Below, piece by piece: positions 35,481 through 47,436 of a stretch of DNA of 47,635 nucleotides. A model generated the notes under the pieces. The model saw nothing but the letters and a program-made list of their open reading frames with translations. It made no database searches and was not told where the DNA came from. This DNA is from Vicugna vicugna (taxonomy: Eukaryota): positions 932,001-979,635 of the forward strand of contig MU058337.1 in NCBI GenBank assembly GCA_013265495.1. The letters run 5' to 3'. Within the stretch, counting starts at the first letter, position 1. Every line of letters begins with the position of its first letter. The translations under genes and the position numbers were made by a program.

Positions 35481-37684
35481 GTGTGTAACCAGCGGTCTGA
35501 GAGGAGCTTACGTCCTCTACTTTTCTCTTCAAAATGTTTGCCAAACTTTCTTCCTAGGCCATAAAATCTCAGTGCTTGATTTTATATAAAATGATATATT
35601 TATATATTGCATACATATTTCTATAATAATGTAATTTCCCAAGTCTTTAAATAAAGACTTTATTTCCAGCAAGTTGCTGTATGTTTTCTGGTTTTGTTTC
35701 GGCTTGTTTCCCCTGAAGACTGATTTCTCTAAACAGCTGCGGGCGCTTCTTACAAAGGCACGTCCCTGTCTTCCTCCAGAAATTCTGAGGGCTGCACTCG
35801 GGAGTTTGCATTTTCCAGAAGAGTCCAAGGGAGCAATCAGTGTGTCCTAAATAAAGCTGACTCAGTGTGAATTACCACTGGAGGTGTGAAGTTGAGGTTT
35901 TTCTTCCCTAAGCCTTTGCTGGTGGCTACAATGGAGATCGGTCAAATCCTAGTGAGTGAGAAGCCAGGACTGAGGCCTGGAGGCTCCCGGGAAAGTTTCT
36001 GTGGCCTTGGGTTTACAGTGAAAGAGCATAAAATGAAACCAAGGCCCAGTGTTCACAGAGTCAGACTCCAGCAGGAGCAGGATGTCGGTGGGGAGACACT
36101 CCATTTCGGCTCTAAATGTCAGTGTTCTTCCTTCCTGAATCATGTAAGAAGGTAAAATGTTTCTCGGCTGTTCTCCGTGGAAATTAAATCAATTTAGAAT
36201 GTGTACTAATTGTGGAAGTAAAATACTTGAAATATTTTGAGAGAAAACATTTCTTCGAAAAATATTTTCATTATTTTTCATGAAAAATAATTTCTAGCTA
36301 CCTCAAGGGGCGAGTAGTTTTCAATCTTTGGTTTGGAAGGTAATTTCAGATTGTCCTTTATCAACACAAAGCATGTGAGGGAGGAGCTTTACTGCTTACT
36401 GTCACTTAGCGCTTAAAATCATGACCCAGGAAGCGCTCAACGAGAGCATGATTAGTCAGTTGTTCATGTCAATATGGTGCCTGGGTAAGGAATCAGCTTC
36501 TGGAGTAAAGACACACATTTGGGAAGAGGATCCCACATTTTGGTTGCACATTTGAACTAATTATTAAGCAAATTCAAACTCAAAAATATGTCATTCCAAA
36601 GAATGTGTCTATGGGGGGACAGCAGTAGCAGTCAGAGTGAGCTTTCGTCAGCTAGGAGCAGGCAACGGCCTTGGTCCTAAAGGGTGCCTCAGTCTCAGGT
36701 CAGGACTCCAGGACCTTCTAAGCCTTTGATTAATAAATGTTTTCTTTAATTTTTTAATTAAGCAGTATTTTTTCTTTAATTCAATGGGGTGCAAATTTGA
36801 CGTTAAACTCAGAAATCTATGCTGGTCTATATGAAGCTATAGACACTGTGTGTGCAAATATACATGTAAGTACCACAGAAAGGCATGTCTCCACACCAAC
36901 TGGTTTTTCTAAACTGCAGGACGTTCTTTTTAAAATAAAATATTAATAAAAGAAATAACTTTTTTTCCTGTATTATAAGGGAGGGGGGAATTACACTGAT
37001 TCCTTGACTCACTAAAATAAGGTTCCTGATATGAAATCATCCACCATAATTTGTAGCAAAATGTGTTTCAGTTTCCTGCCTCTTTGGGGCAGTGGGAGCT
37101 TGAGGCAGCCTCTGAGGTCAGGGGAGACTTAGCAGATTCAAAACTTTAATAAAGGAATTCTACCGATGAAGTCTACTGAAGTCCCAGCGCCCTCCAGATA
37201 CAGGATAACTCCACCAAGAACCTGTCGGAACATGGAGATGCCGACATCCCGTAACTTGCCACCCTGGTTCTCCTGACGCTCCTGGACAAGAACATAGTCA
37301 GCACTTTCCCACCCAGGAACGGGCTCGTTACTGTGACTGCTGGCCCGAGGAAGTGGCTTGTCTTTGGAATTCATTTGTTCTTTGTTACCTATTCATTTAT
37401 ACTCTGTGACTCAGAGGAATGGCCGTATTTTTTTAATGTTCTTTTAGTCATTGAAACATCTATATTCCAGGCTATTCTGGTGGAGTGTTGGTGACAAATT
37501 CATCCAGGAAATAGCTTGTTTCATTTCCAAATGGCTCTCAGCTGGATGACTGCAGATGGAGACTGATGGATTTGCATGTGTGCAATCAGATGTCCACGTT
37601 CCCTGGAAGGACCAGCAAATTTGGATCCGATTAGCCTCCAGTTCACCGGATCAGTACACAGTTTTGAACACACCTCCCCAATAG

Positions 37685-37735
37685 GTGTGTTTGTGTCCGT
37701 GTGTGTGTACATATATATGTGTGTGTGTGTGTATA
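37685..37735. repeat. Interrupted (TG)n/(TA)n microsatellite
   Basis: gtgtgtgtacatatatatgtgtgtgtgtgtgtata. Confidence 0.85.
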
Positions 37736-37834
37736 GCATAACATAACATGGTATCCCTTGATGATGTATTACATTATTAAACAAAAAGAACAAAAAATAG
37801 AGCATTTAAGAGCAGTCGTCGATCACCTTTCAGT

Positions 37835-38070
37835 GGGTGATCATTATGCACCTGTCTTGCACCAGGTACTGTTCTGACGAGGACCCAGCAGTGACCAGGA
37901 CAATCTGATATTTCAGGGAGCACGTATTTTAGTGCGTAAACAGTAAATACATAAATATATAATATAGTGCCAGTGATAAGTATTTTGAGGAAAAAACATG
38001 GTGCACTATTCAGGCAGTGACGGGAGCAGTAGGGGTGCTATTTCAGCAAGGGGGTTCAGGAACACAGCCA
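37835..38070 (-). mobile_element. L2a-type 3' fragment
   Basis: gcacctgtcttgcaccaggtactgttct...cagtgataagtattttgaggaaaa...ggtgctatttcag. Confidence 0.7.
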
Positions 38071-39666
38071 AGGCCTCTCTCTAATCAGAGAGTGAAGAGA
38101 ATTATTTGATATCACAGAGGGGAAAGTGCAGTGCCTCGGGACAATGGCAAATGGGATGAAGATAAAACCAACAGAATTTATTTATTATCGGTTAACGAGA
38201 CACCATTAAGGAGAATGAGAGCACATCTGTATTTCTCACGGTCTTTTAATACTTCTGAGTTTTTCTGAGCTCACTGCGTGGCTTATCTGACGGGCTTGTC
38301 ATTGTTTTAACTTCAAAACGTAGCTGACGGAGAACTTGTGCCAGGAATGAGAGGATGTCAGCAGTGCTGCTGTTTCGTTTTATTCACACATTAAAAAATG
38401 TTTTCATATCATTTCTATTTCCTACCGAGATACAAGAGTACTCTGCTATTAAATATGATACATACTGGTCAGTTGGGGTATGACTTCAAATCTTTGAAAT
38501 AGCAGGCATGAATTTTGATTAGACAGGATTATTTTATGATAAAAGCATAGAGTTAGCTATTAAAATTTTATATTTGGTATTTTATTATACAGTGTTAATA
38601 GAGAAAGGCCTAAAAGGCAAGGATCAAGTCTTTTGATGTATCTGTGTTATCACAGGGAAAACACAGAACCAGAAACACACAGGAGCTTAAATTTGTTTAT
38701 AATGACCTTGTACAATTTAAGCAAATGTCAGAAGATCATTTAGGTTAGTATACAAATCTCATATTAGGTAATCAGAAATTCGTGTCATGTAACAAGCCTG
38801 TCTTCAAAAAAAAAAAAAGCCCAGTGAATTCTGGAGGAAACCTGAATTGCTCACTGCTTATTTGACCTATTCAGAGGATCAGAAAGGCCCCCACAAGATC
38901 AAGACAGCCCAGCTGTGTAAGACGGCGATGGAGAAGTCGCGGCACTCTGGCCTGCGTCACGTGGGAGGTTTGCATGTCGCTGCACAAGGGGAGAAGTCTG
39001 AGCTAGGACGTCTCTACAAAGCACCCTCATGAGTAATGGGACCCAGATCGACTTCTGGATGGCGCTGGATTTGCAGTAACGTTCCACTGACAAAGTCAGA
39101 ACCTTTCTGTACCAGAGCAGTTTTCCATCAAGTGTGTGTGATGGGATGGCGGTGGAGATGGACTGAAGGCAGTAGCTACCCCTTGTCTCTAGTTGCTAAC
39201 GGCTCTTGCCAATTCTACAGCAAGGTAACCATCACACTTCTTCCTAAAAAGAGGGTTCTTGTCTATTTTTTAAATAATTTATGGGAGTGAAATTCACATC
39301 ACATAAAATTAACCAACTTACAGTGAACAGTTACTTCAGTGGAATTTAGTATATTCACAGTGTTGTGCAACCTCCACCTCTATCTCCTTCTAAAATATTT
39401 GCATCACTCCAAAGTAACACCCCTCATGCGTTAATCAAGTTCTCCCTATTGCCTCCTCCCAGAGTCCCTGGCAGCTATCAATCTGTGTTCTGTCTCTATG
39501 GATTTATCTGTTATAGACATTTTGTGAAAATGGTACCATACAATATGCAACCTTTTGTGTCTGGCTTCTTTCCCTTAGCATGTTTTCAAGGTTCACCCCT
39601 GTTGTAACCTGTATCAGTACTTCATTATTTCATGTGACAGAATATTTCACTGTATGTGTACTCTTA

Positions 39667-39875
39667 CCGTTGACCCTTGAACAACACAAGTTTGAACTGT
39701 GAAGTTTCTCTTATATGTAAAATTTTCTTCAGTCAATACATGCTCCAGTACTACGTGGTCCATGGCTGGTTGATTCCACAGATGCAGAACCATGGATACA
39801 GAGGGCTGCCTAAAAGTTAACTAGAATTTCTGACTGCCTGGGGGGTTGACATCCAACCTTTGCATTTTTTTGAGG

Positions 39876-39883
<8 letters not shown>
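39667..39883 (+). mobile_element. Tigger2-derived MITE
   Basis: ta|ccgttgacccttgaacaacacaagtttgaactg ... ttgagggaaaactg are degenerate Tigger2 TIRs following a TA target. Confidence 0.85.

Positions 39884-39908
<25 letters not shown>
39882..39908. repeat. (TG)n microsatellite
   Basis: Perfect TG run directly at the MITE end. Confidence 0.95.
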
Positions 39909-40141
39909 CGAAATTTCTATATTCATTCATCAATTAGTGGGCATTTGGGCTCTTTCCACCTTTGGGCTATTGTCAGAAGTACTGTTATAAAGGTATGTTT
40001 ACATGTACTTTAGTATCTATTTTTAGTTATTTTATTATGAGATGATATGGTAATTATACGTTTAACTTTTAGAGGAATATTCAAACTGTTTCCCACAGCA
40101 GCTGAACCATTTTACATTCCCACCATCAATGTCTAAGATTC

Positions 40142-40535
40142 TCATTTGTCTTTGGCTTCCAGCAGTTTGATCATAAAGTGTCTGAGTGTGGATCTCTTTG
40201 AGTTTATCCCACTTGGACTTCTTAGAGCTTCTTCAATGCATAGATTCACTTTGGCCATTATTTTTCCAAATAGTCTTTCTGTCTTTCTTCTTTCTCCTCT
40301 CTTTCTGGGACTCCCAAAATGCACATTTTGGTTTACTTAAAAGTTTCCCATAAATCTCTTAGGCTCTGTTCACCTTTCTTCCTCCTTTTTCCTTTCTGTT
40401 TCTCATGCTGGATATTTTGAATTGTCCCATTTTCAAATTTGCTGATTACTTCTTCTTTCTGCTCAAATCTGCAGTTGAACCTAATTCTTTAATTTCAGGT
40501 ATCATACTTTTTAGCTCCAGAATTTCTATTTGGTT
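40142..40535 (-). mobile_element. Decayed L1 ORF1 fragment
   Basis: The translation ERLFGKIMAK...IEEALRSPSGINSKRSTLRHFMIKLLEAKDK matches the L1 ORF1p motif EAQRTPxRINxKRSTPRHIIIKL. Confidence 0.85.
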
Positions 40536-40537
40536 AC

Positions 40538-40800
40538 TATCTTAGTTGTCTCTGGCTGCCATACCAAAATACCAAAGACTGAGTGACTTAAAAACAAAAA
40601 TTTATTTCTTACAGTTCTGGAGGCTGGCAAGTCAAAGATCCAGGTGGCAAAAATGTAGGTTTCTTCTGAAACCTCTTCTGTTGGTTCGTAGGTGGTGCTC
40701 TTTCTCTGAGGGTTTGCATGACCTCTTCATTGTGCCTAAATGGAGAGAGGAGAAAGAGAGCTCTCTGGTGTCTCTTCCTACAAGGACACTAATCCCATCA
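40538..40800 (-). mobile_element. MLT1A/B-type MaLR LTR (partial)
   Basis: ggctgccataccaaaataccaaagactgagtgactta...atttatttcttacagttctggaggctgg...acaaggacactaatcccatc. Confidence 0.88.
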
Positions 40801-41489
40801 AGACACCAGAATCACTAGGGTGCAGCTTGAAGGCTGGCTACCACATCAAGTATCCGAATAGTCAACACGTTCACCAGTCCTACCTTTCCCAGTCCATTCC
40901 TTCTCGCCAGCCCATCACTCTGTTACAACCCTAAGGCAAGCCTGACTTAAATGAAAGCATTATATATTTCACTTAAAGCATCTTTCACAGATGGCATTGA
41001 TAGTGAGCACTCAGTAATTACTAGGATTATCCATGCTATCATTTCCTATACGATTTCATCCCACCTCAAAAGGCTCGTCTGGGACGGAATATATTGGTGT
41101 TAACGATGACAACTTGGCATTTGGACAGGATTGCTCAAATCGGCAGTGTCAGGTTTGTACCACACCAGATGAGGTTACAGCTGAGAGAGTCTGCACTTCC
41201 TTGACTTCTCCCCCTTGTCCTATTGAGGTGCTCCACCCCAGCCGACAATGCAGTCGGTGCAAATGAACGGCTGCTGGGATAGAGAAAGTCAGGTCTGTGG
41301 ACCCACTGCCTCCATGTACTCAGGCTGGAGAGATACCTCCTCACCACTCAAGTGTTTATTTCCTATCACTTTTAGCAATCCTTGCTGTGCTTCCGTGTCC
41401 TATGTCTTTCTGCATCATCAGCCTTATAGCAGGACCATAGACAGTGAAAGATCCTTTTCTTCTCATTTTATTTCCTCTGATTGAAATAT

Positions 41490-41815
41490 ATTCTTAAGTC
41501 CAACTTATACCAATTGCTAAAGGACCAGCTCAAGTTCCACAGTTTCTGTGACACCTTTCCTGCCCCTTCATGCTGCAGGAAGAGCCTCCTTATTTCAAGA
41601 ACTCCCATGGCATTTCATCCAGAATGTTCTTATTGGACAGATCACTGTCAACCTTGTACTAAAGTTATTTGTGTATATTTCTGTGTTCTCTATTTTATTA
41701 CACACCCCATAAGAGCAGGATTTCTGTCTAATTTATCTTCATATCCCCAAGGCACTAACAGTGTCTTGCATGCAGGAGACAATAAATAGGCATTTTTGGA
41801 ATAAATTAAAATAAT
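41490..41815 (+). mobile_element. L2c-type 3' end
   Basis: ccagctcaagttccac...ccataagagcaggatttctgtctaatttatcttcatatcccc...cagtgtcttgca. Confidence 0.75.
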
Positions 41816-42359
41816 CAGCAGTGAGTATTGGAGGGGCACCGCCCCTACATAGATATAGATCTTTATATTTGCATGTGTGTAAAGATACAAACAGATGGAC
41901 CTGCAGCAGAGAACATTTCGTAGAAAATATTAAATTAATTAAGCAAATATGAAGCTCTGCCAAACTGTCAACACAAAGGGCTGCAGTCCTCGGTTTCTGA
42001 CGAATGTCTCCTCTCAGCTAATTAGAAAACCTAAGGACCTACTTTTAGTTGTGAGACTCTCCCGTTTGGTGCACAAATTCATATGTTCATTGTCTCCATA
42101 GACAAGTGGTACCAAAGACAAGCACAAATTGCTCTTTTTTATTAGAATTTGATTGCTTTGAGCTAGATAGCCTCAATCTGCCTAAAGGTGACAATTCAGA
42201 GTATAAAGGCTCTTAAGTTTCTTCAGTTTGTATCAAAATAAAGGCATCCTGGTGCTAGTTAGAACGGAATTTGTGTTGAAAACGGTGTGCCGTCAAACAT
42301 AAAGGCATTTAACCTGTAGGTTATGTTCTGGCTGTACCTTCTGTGATTACATTTTGGAA

Positions 42360-43440
42360 GTTAATCAGTCAACAAATGTTTACATCGATTATTCTTCATG
42401 GTTCAACATGGGCACTTCTGGGTGCCCAATGGAACCCCAACTGTCATACTACCAGTTAAAAGATAAAAAAGATATAAAGTTTACCATTCAGTCAACCATA
42501 CAAGTGAGATGTAGCATTTACACAAGGAACTAAGAATAATTGAAGTGTCTTATGATACACACAAGGAAGAACCTTGAAATCTCACAGTAGTAAGAAATCA
42601 TTTTCATAGAAATAAAAGCATTTGAGCTTAACCTTACATGTAAAGAGGGATATTTAACAGTTGGAGATTGTCAGTGGGGGAATTCCAAGGTGCAGAGGTA
42701 TAAAGTACAATATTGATCATGTAATAGTAGTTCAATTTATCTGAAGAATGGGAAATTTGTAGAGGGATAAACTAGTTTAGGTGCTGTAGGATAGAAGATT
42801 GAAAATTGAGAAAATGCCATCTTAATTGGCACTTAGCAGGTAACTACTGGCCTTGGGAAGCAGTAACATCTATTAAGTTGTGGGAGGGGACTGCAAGTCG
42901 TTGTTGAGCAGGTAGAGACAAAATGAAGGTAACAGATGGAGATTTTCCCCTAAAAAGGGGAAGGAGATAAGACTGTGTGCTGCAAAGAAGCAAGATTGAG
43001 GGTAAGATTTTTTAGGACAAGGAAGCATTTTGTAGGCAGAGTTGAGTGGGTTGAGATGGAGAGATTAAAGACCAAGCGATAACAGGACAATTGATGGTGC
43101 AAGGTCTGGGCAGAGGAGATTTCAAGAGCCTCTCTGGAGGATTTTACAGTAGAAAGGGTTGAGAATTGGGGCGACCATCTTCTCTGCGTCTGGGGAGTAG
43201 AGAGTAGACGAATGTTTTGAGAAAAAGAGGAAGAAAATTGAAACAGCTCAAATGAAGACAGCCTTGATCTCAGTCGAGTTAGAAGATGATGTAGAAATTG
43301 GAAGGCTGAGAGAGTACGGATGATTTATAAAAAAAAAGTCCTGAAAAAACAAATAGGCAGTTACACAGTTGAGGATAGATGACATCCATTCACCTTGAAT
43401 CCAATCAGCATTATTTCCTGACTTTCTCTAGTAACCTTGT
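42360..43440 (-). mobile_element. Fragmented L2
   Basis: The tail aatcagtcaacaaatgttta is followed by a long purine-rich body with L2-like motifs (aattggcacttagcagg...ggccttgggaagcag). Confidence 0.55.
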
Positions 43441-44560
43441 GGCAATGTGGGAAGGAGGATTTTGTGAAACATGAAAAGTTCAGCACAATATTTAAAGCAG
43501 ATAACAAATTCCAGTGTACTGTGAAAAATATTATTCAAAATGCTCAAGAGCTAATTGTCTTCTTTCAGCTCTTCTGCTTCATAGACAATCATTTGTGGCT
43601 TAATAGGACCAGGTAAAAGTACTATCATTATTAGATTTTTTGGAAAAAAAAAAAGAACAACATCTCATGTGTTGTAATTAGCTGGTAAGTAGTTTCATTT
43701 TATATAAACAGATCGCTTTACTGGGCATCCGCAATTAGCCACTGTGGTCAGAATACGTGGTGTACTTTTTTTGCTCCAGGCTCTTAAATTGTGAAACTGT
43801 AATGGACTCACATGCTCACTTGTTTATCTGTTCATTCATTCATCACGGTGGTGGTGCTACTGAGTGTTAAGGAGTATGATAGGAGTGTCATAGAGAAAGA
43901 GGAGGAAAAAGCCCGCATAATGCCCAATTCCAGGGGGTTTCCTGCTTTCTGTCCTATATTATCTTCTTTATTCATATTAAAGCATATTTGTATGTTGCAT
44001 GAACAAATATCAAATAACATGGACTTACAAGGAATGATTCTAATTAAAAAAGAAAAGCCTGCTTTGGCCCATAATAAACAGAAGCACATTAGACCAGGAG
44101 AAAGGCAGAGATCAACACGGAGTCCAGATCTATTTTGAGTCTGAGTGGGGCTAAAAAACACCTAGAACAGCCCAGCTGGTGCACGACTCTCCCCGCTGCT
44201 GGGTGCTCTCCAAACCATGAACGTGCCTCAGTGGCAGGCTGACCACTGATGTAACCAGTGATTAACTGGGTAACCAGTAACTTTGGACACATTTTCAAAC
44301 ATCGTCTAAAAACTGTTGTTCTTACGCATAAACCATGATATAAAATGGAAACACATTGGCTGTTCTGGGCCAGTTTTTCCCTTCAATTATTTAATCAGCC
44401 AAGTCAAAGAGACAGTAAATATGCATAATAAAACTTTTGCACGCTGTGAATGGGAAAAACAACATTGACTTAAGGGATTGATGGGAGATTACATGATGGC
44501 AGTGGGGGCGGAATGTGTACCCAGTGCCCATCACATACAGCCCACTTGCTAAACTCTTAC

Positions 44561-44735
44561 CCGTTTGCTTGTTCCTTTAAAGCCATTTTGATTTGATGCT
44601 CATAGTTTTGAATCATCTCCATAAACCCTCTCACAGACGCTTTGTTAAGTAGCAGGTGAATAGAGGAAATGCTGGTTTGGTGGATAGCATGTGGGTGGGG
44701 ACGGAAACAGAGGCTGGGGACACGGACAGAGCCGG
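44561..44735 (-). other. Candidate first exon with short coding start MEMIQNYEHQIKMALKEQAN(G) (ATG at 44622)
   Basis: Minus strand: strong donor CGG|GTAAGA at 44561/44560 and three in-frame ATGs (the third, AAAATGG, has a strong Kozak context), in unique non-repeat sequence. The TSS position is a guess. Confidence 0.35.
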
Positions 44736-44790
44736 AAGCAGGAGACACGGCTGCATCTTTTATGCACTGGCTCTAACAGCCAATTTCGTT
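44735..44790 (-). promoter_or_regulatory. Candidate core promoter
   Basis: TATA-like CATAAAAG (minus strand, 44757-44764), a CCAAT at 44780-44784 on the plus strand, and an ETS-like CCGGAAG at ~44732-44738. Confidence 0.3.
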
Positions 44791-46041
44791 AGTAGGATGA
44801 GTGACTTCAAGTAGCCATTTTCCAGCACAATGCTAATGAGAACCTGACAGTCAAGATCCAAATTTAGACACTGATAATGGCTCTTCTTGGCCTGCGGATA
44901 ACTTAAAACAGCTCAGTCTTGACCAAGACAAGGAACAGAAAGCTCCCCTTCTGGGTAGTTGAGTTTTAGAGGAAATTGCCTAAAGTGGAAATGAATTTGT
45001 CATTCTTCCTTTCCTGAGAGAAGGAAATGGAGGCAAAGCTAAGAATAATAACTGTTATGTAACTCTTAAAGTGGCATAGTATTTGCTAACTGAAATCAGC
45101 ACTTTATTAATAACTAGAATAATTATTTATGTAAAGGAGGAGACTGGCGCAAATAATTAAGGCATCTTTCACCGACCACACTCAAAATGCCTCTGAGACA
45201 TGAGGGGTAGAAAGGCCTTTGTCACTTTAAGGAAATAAATTGGAAGTTTTCTGGCTGATATTCTGCTTTATTTCCACATCACAGTTGAAGAAAACAATTA
45301 TCTTAAATCACCAGGAAGTTCACATAATTTTCTAGAACCCGATGAAAAATTACAGGGTGAATACAATGTTCTGCATCTTACAGAACTTACTTAGGAGAAA
45401 AATAATTTAATTTTGAAATGTTTCTTGAGAAATTTTCTTTCAGATTTTCTCTTCTTTTATTGTTTTTTGATGAAAATATACTTGTTTGGGCTGTCAATAC
45501 AGAATCCACCCTTTTAGTAAAAAAATTAGGAATTAAAATGCTTATGTATATATGACTAGCTAAGCTAAAAGATGGCTTTCAGATTACAGAATGTTTTTTA
45601 ATTTTAAACATAAGTGAATATGTTTAGACGTTTTAGTTTATAAATGATGTGTTTATCTGTTGATGCAGTTTGGGAAAAAAGTTTAATTTTCTGTCAGAAT
45701 CTACATAAAGACGGAATATGTTGGTTTTCTTCACACTTGCCAAAAAAAAGAGGCCTGTAAATATTTTCATATAGTGAACAAGGCTTATAGGAAGTCGCCT
45801 TAAAAAAAGTTCTGTTAGACCCAGAATTCATGAATATGAGTTTCAGTGTCAGTTTTCTTCAAGGTTAATCCTACCAAATGCATTTAGCTGATCATGTGCC
45901 GAATCCCTTACGGTCACGTAGTCTGTTATTGCTTATTTCAGACACGCTTTAAGGGGAGAGAGGAACAACTCAAGGGGAAAATGAGGTGCATGCTTAAAGG
46001 CTGTTCTGAGCTTAGAACATTTAACTTATTGGGAATACGTC

Positions 46042-46786
46042 CACGGTAGACAGCTGCCGAGATGTCCCCAGTGACCCCTGCTTCTTGGCATTCATACCCT
46101 TGTATAACCCCCTTCCTTGGATGTGAGCTGGATTTACTGAACTTTGTCTACAAAGTAGAATATGGCAGAAAGGATGGGATGTCACTTAAGAGATTTGGAC
46201 AGTGGCTTCCATTTTGAACTCTCTTCAGTCTTTCATGGTGGGGGAAGCAAGACGCCGCTTTGCGAGCTGCTCTGTGGGGAGGTCCGTGTGCTGTGGCAAA
46301 AGACTAAAACCATCAGTCCAGCAGCACTCGTAGAGCCATGGACCTCCGTGCATGAGACACTGAGGCCCCCCAGTGACCACGTGGTGGCTCTTTCAGCCTC
46401 GGTCAAGTCCTGAAACCCAGCAGAGCTGGCCCACACCTTAACTGAAAACTCATGAGGGATGTGTTTGGGTTTAGCAAATGAAAATACAAGACACTCGGAT
46501 AAATCGGACTTTCAGGTAAACACAGATTTATTTTTTTAGTATAAGTTATGTCCCATGTGATGTTTGAGACACATTTATGCTAAGAAACTATTTATTGTTT
46601 ATCTGACATTCCAATTTAATCTGCATGTTATCAGACAGTATACTAGGAATGAGGTACTCTGAGCTGGAGGCAGAGCTGAGCCATGATCAGATTCCTGAGC
46701 ACAGAAATTGTGAGGTTAAATACATTTGCCGTTTTGAGCTGTGAGTTTTGGGATAATTTATTACGCGACACTAGGTAACTGATACA
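46042..46786 (+). mobile_element. MLT1F-type MaLR solo LTR, interrupted by MER53
   Basis: ggtagacagctgccgagatgtccccagtgacccctg...tagaatatggcagaaaggatgggatgtcactt...taggtaactgataca. Confidence 0.88.
46457..46642. mobile_element. MER53 palindromic hAT MITE
   Basis: ttagcaaatgaaaatacaagac...ttttttagtataagttatgtcccatgtgatgtttgagacacatttatgctaagaaa...gtttatctgacattccaatttaa. Confidence 0.88.
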
Positions 46787-47436
46787 TTACCTAATAATTA
46801 GATGAGGATGCAGACAAGCTTGCAAGGTGGACTACATTGATTAACAGACGTTTTCGCTGGCCTCACAAGCGCAGAACCAACAGCGATGCTTTGACTTGGC
46901 CAGGCTTACTAGGATAGAACATGGGTTATTGCTTTGGAAACAGGAGAGAGAGATTATTTGCATTTAAACACTATTGAATGAAACATAGCTTTTTAGATTC
47001 GACCTTCCTAGTCCCATTAGAAAGATGTTGGGAAAACTATATAATCTTGAAATTTTAATTTTTTAAAATAATTCCCCTCTTTAAAAACCTGTGGTCAACA
47101 GAAATTAATAGCATGATGCCTAGAGAGGGTTTGTTGGTGCTACTTATGTCAAGGCAAATGAAGGTGGGTTTTGCACAACTTTGGAAACCATATGCATATT
47201 TTACACACGTAACCAGATTATGTAACAGAGCCTTTACCCATCAGGTAAACAAGTGCATCGCGGGAGCCTCTTATCTGAATGTTTTCTCTTCCCTCCCTCC
47301 CCATCGAACCAATCACTACGTACTAGTGCGCAGTCCTTTGCAGCATTGCTCAGACCCTTCCCTTCCTTCTCTTCTCGTTTTTCCCTTCCAACCAGATGAG
47401 GTCTCTATCTATTCTGCCTGTTCCACCACCATGGTC

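Larger units (their letters stand above)
39265..40143 (-). mobile_element. L1MB-type 3' end, split by a Tigger MITE
   Basis: gtgaaattcacatcacataaaattaacc...tctgtctctatggattt...caaactgtttcccacagcagctgaaccattttacattcccacca. Confidence 0.9.

Noticed and set aside
37820..37842. GATCACC...GGTGATC hairpin
   Set aside because: A 7-bp stem is expected by chance.
40142..40324. ORF as a functional CDS
   Set aside because: It is a decayed, internally deleted L1 ORF1 remnant.
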